A stretch of DNA of 64,000 nucleotides from Planctomycetota bacterium (GTDB taxonomy: Bacteria > Planctomycetota > UBA1135 > UBA2386): the NCBI GenBank assembly GCA_046290465.1, contig JBKAGP010000001.1, positions 800,001 through 864,000 on the forward strand. Reading direction: 5' to 3'. Positions 61,661 to 64,000 of this stretch are shown piece after piece. A program made the translations under genes and the position numbers. The notes under the pieces were generated by a model. It ran no database searches, was not told the origin of the DNA, and saw only the letters and a list, made by a program, of their open reading frames with translations. How positions within the stretch are numbered: position 1 is the stretch's first letter; the number at the start of each line of letters is the position of its first letter.

Positions 61661-63171
61661 CACGACAGCATGCCGCGCAGCGCGGCCTCGTCGACCTTGC
61701 CGTTGGCGTTGTGCGGCAGCGCCGGCAAGACCTCGAGCACGCCGGGCTGCATGTACGACGGCAACCGCGAACGGCATCGCCGCCGCAGCGCCTGCCGCAG
61801 CGCCTGGTCGGCCGGGTCCCCCACGCAGCACAGCGCGATGCGGTGGCCGTCGGCACCACCGTCGAGACCGAGCACCCACACCTCGCCGACCCCCTCCATG
61901 CCGACGACCGCCTGCGCCACCTCGTCCGGCGACACGCGGTGGCCATGCACCTTCAGCATCCGGTCCATGCGCCCGACGAAGTAGTGGCGGCCGCGCTCGT
62001 CGCGCCGCACCAGGTCGCCCGAGTAGACGACCCGGCCCGCCCCCCCGCGCGGATCCGGTCGGAACCTGCGCGCCTCGGCGTCGGGACGGTTCCAGTAGCC
62101 GCGCGCGACCAGTTCGCCGGCGTGCACGAGCTCGCCGGTCGCCGGCCCGTCCAGCACTTCGCCGGTCGTAGGCGCGACCAGCAGCAGCTCGACCCCTTCG
62201 ATCGCGTAGCCGAACGAGTCGGGATGCGCGTCGAACTCCTCGGGCGGCAGGAACGCGCTGCGGAAGGCCTCGGTCAGTCCGTACATCGCGTAGACGTCGC
62301 AGTGCGGCCAACGCCGCCGCAGCACCTGCGTGTCGGCGCCGCGCAGCGCGCCGCCGCTGTTGGTGACGTAGCGCAGCGAAGAGCCGTCGTCGTCGCCGAG
62401 CGTGCCGGCGTCGAGACCGGCCGCGACCTCGTGCCACAGCGACGGCACCCCCGCGAGCCCAGTCGGCCGATGCGTGCGCAGCAGCGACGCCAGTTCGCCG
62501 ACCCCGAGGTGCTCGGCCGTCGTCAGCCGGCAGCCGACCAGCAGCGCCGTCAGCAGTTGGTTGAGGCCGTAGTCGAAGCTGAACGACAGCAGCGCCAGGA
62601 TGTGGTCGTCTTGATCCAGCCGCAGGTAGCGGGAGACGATCTCCGCGCCGCGGGCCTGGTTGCCGTGCGTCTGCACGATGCCCTTGGCGGGGCCGGTGCT
62701 GCCGCTGGTGTAGAGCAGCACCGCTGGGTCGCCCGTCTCGACGGCCAGCACCTGCTCGGCGGCGGCCCCCGCAAGGTCGGCGTGCGGATCCAGCAGACGC
62801 TGGCCGCGCAGCACGTCGTCGGCGTCGCGCAGCCCGACCGTTCGCGCGGCGTTGGTGACACACAGCCGCGGCGCCGCATCCTGGAGTACGTGCCGGACCT
62901 GGTCGTCCTTCAGCTTGGCGTGGATCGGCACGGCGATCGCACCGGCCGCCATGCCCGCGACCAGCGCCACCGCCTCGTCGACGCCGCGCGGCAACAGGAT
63001 CGCCACCCGATCCCCGCGCTGGAGGCCGTGCGCACGCAGGCTCGCGATCGCGGTGCGCACCCGTTCTGCAAACGCCGCAAACGTGCAGGTGCGGCCCTGC
63101 GCGCACAGGAACGGCCGGTCGGCGAAGCGCGTGGCGCTGTGCTCGAGCAGTTCGGCGACGGTCCGGGGCAT
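61660..63171 (-). CDS. AMP-dependent acyl-CoA ligase, resembling the exosortase A-associated family (TIGR03098)
   Basis: YTSGSTG, SFDYGLNQL, TNSGG, MYGLTEAFRS, GELVHAG, YSGDLV, NGKVD. Confidence 0.85.
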   Translation of the reverse strand: MPRTVAELLEHSATRFADRPFLCAQGRTCTFAAFAERVRTAIASLRAHGLQRGDRVAILLPRGVDEAVALVAGMAAGAIAVPIHAKLKDDQVRHVLQDAAPRLCVTNAARTVGLRDADDVLRGQRLLDPHADLAGAAAEQVLAVETGDPAVLLYTSGSTGPAKGIVQTHGNQARGAEIVSRYLRLDQDDHILALLSFSFDYGLNQLLTALLVGCRLTTAEHLGVGELASLLRTHRPTGLAGVPSLWHEVAAGLDAGTLGDDDGSSLRYVTNSGGALRGADTQVLRRRWPHCDVYAMYGLTEAFRSAFLPPEEFDAHPDSFGYAIEGVELLLVAPTTGEVLDGPATGELVHAGELVARGYWNRPDAEARRFRPDPRGGAGRVVYSGDLVRRDERGRHYFVGRMDRMLKVHGHRVSPDEVAQAVVGMEGVGEVWVLGLDGGADGHRIALCCVGDPADQALRQALRRRCRSRLPSYMQPGVLEVLPALPHNANGKVDEAALRGMLS

Positions 63172-63241
63172 GGCTACAGCATCGCGTCGGGGTCGGACGG
63201 CTGCACCCCCGGCAGCCTCGACCGGTCGGCAAAGACCGGCC

Positions 63242-63280
63242 AAAAGAAAACGCCCGTCACCTCTCGGCGACGGGCGTCTT
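63242..63280 (-). terminator. rho-independent terminator after tRNA-Glu
   Basis: Minus strand AAGACGCCCGTCGCC-GAGA-GGTGACGGGCGTTTTCTTTT: GC stem plus U-tract. Confidence 0.85.
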
Positions 63281-63358
63281 TGGTATCCCGTAGGGGATTC
63301 GAACCCCTGTTACTAGAATGAAAATCTAGGGTCCTAGGCCAGGCTAGACGAACGGGAC
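63281..63358 (-). tRNA. tRNA-Glu (anticodon UUC)
   Basis: Reverse complement GTCCCGTTCGTCTAGCCTGGCCTAGGAC-CTAGA-TTTTCAT-TCTAG...GGTTCGAATCC...CGGGATACCA. Confidence 0.96.
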
Positions 63359-63461
63359 GTCCGTTTGCGGCGGGCAAGTTAGCGAACCGGGAAGAGGAAT
63401 GCAAGCCTGCATTCCGGTGCTTCTTGCGCCCCCACCGAATCCTGATGGCGGCCCCGACCGG

Positions 63462-64000
63462 TCAGCCGAGGTTCTTCCACTCCTTGACGCTCGGCAGGTC
63501 CTGCAGCGACTCGAGGCCGAAGCGCTCGAGGAAGTGCGGGGTGGTGCCGTACTGCAGCGGACGGCCCGGCACGTCGGCGCGGCCGGCGACCTTGACCAGC
63601 TTGTGCTGCAGCAGCGTGCGCAGCATCGGCCCGGCTTTCACGCCGCGGATCGCCTCGATCTCGCTGCGCATCACCGGCTGCCGGTAGGCGATCACGGCGA
63701 GCGTCTCGAGCGCGGCCGGCGACAGCCGTTCGAGCTTCTTGACGCCCTTGAGGCGCTGCAGGTAGGGGAACGCCGACGCCGTCGACATCCAGCGAACGGT
63801 GTCGCCGACGCGGGTCAGCTCGACCGGCAGGCCGAGCCCGCGCAGCTGGCCCTGCAGCAGATCGAGGGCCTCCTCGACCAGCTTCTGGCTGGTGTTGCAC
63901 GCCTGCGCCAGGCGGAAGATCGTCATGCCGTCGCGCGACGTCAGCATCAGCACGAACAGCGTGCGGCTGAGCTCGGTCGCGTCGGTCAGCTCCGGCACGA
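63462..64000 (-). CDS. scpB: SMC-Scp complex subunit ScpB (start possibly at or beyond the window edge)
   Basis: LSPAALETLAVIAYRQPV.RSEIEAIRGV, GRADVPGRPLQYGTT..FLERFGL.SL.DLP. Confidence 0.95.
   Translation of the reverse strand, partial: VPELTDATELSRTLFVLMLTSRDGMTIFRLAQACNTSQKLVEEALDLLQGQLRGLGLPVELTRVGDTVRWMSTASAFPYLQRLKGVKKLERLSPAALETLAVIAYRQPVMRSEIEAIRGVKAGPMLRTLLQHKLVKVAGRADVPGRPLQYGTTPHFLERFGLESLQDLPSVKEWKNLG

Overview
GC-rich (roughly 70% by eye) bacterial chromosome segment, most likely from Planctomycetota (inferred from the DUF1592/DUF1552 pair, a DUF6288-like protein, FG-GAP/ASPIC proteins and a DLG-type Ser/Thr kinase). It holds about 38 CDS, many of them secreted multidomain proteins, along with gcvP, a WbpI/E-WbpB-WbpD-like nucleotide-sugar operon, a ferredoxin-ThiF/MoeB-cysteine desulfurase operon, an RluA-family pseudouridine synthase, an NhaC-family antiporter, scpB, tRNA-Leu(UAG) and tRNA-Glu(UUC). 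No integrase, transposase, CRISPR array or prophage is evident. Most notable: (1) a membrane signalling protein carrying a FliM-N-like peptide, DUF4388, an MshEN c-di-GMP motif, TPR, PEGA and PQQ-propeller domains, divergent from a Ser/Thr kinase unit; (2) three copies of an 83-bp structured intergenic repeat, two of them with matching 4-bp flanks; (3) a prepilin-signal/CreD-like/zinc-ribbon fusion; (4) a shared C-terminal domain on several otherwise unrelated secreted proteins; (5) a degenerate epimerase fused to a sugar aminotransferase; (6) a small protein with both a lipobox and a PEP-CTERM anchor behind a sigma-54 promoter. All domain calls come from motif recognition by eye, not database searches.
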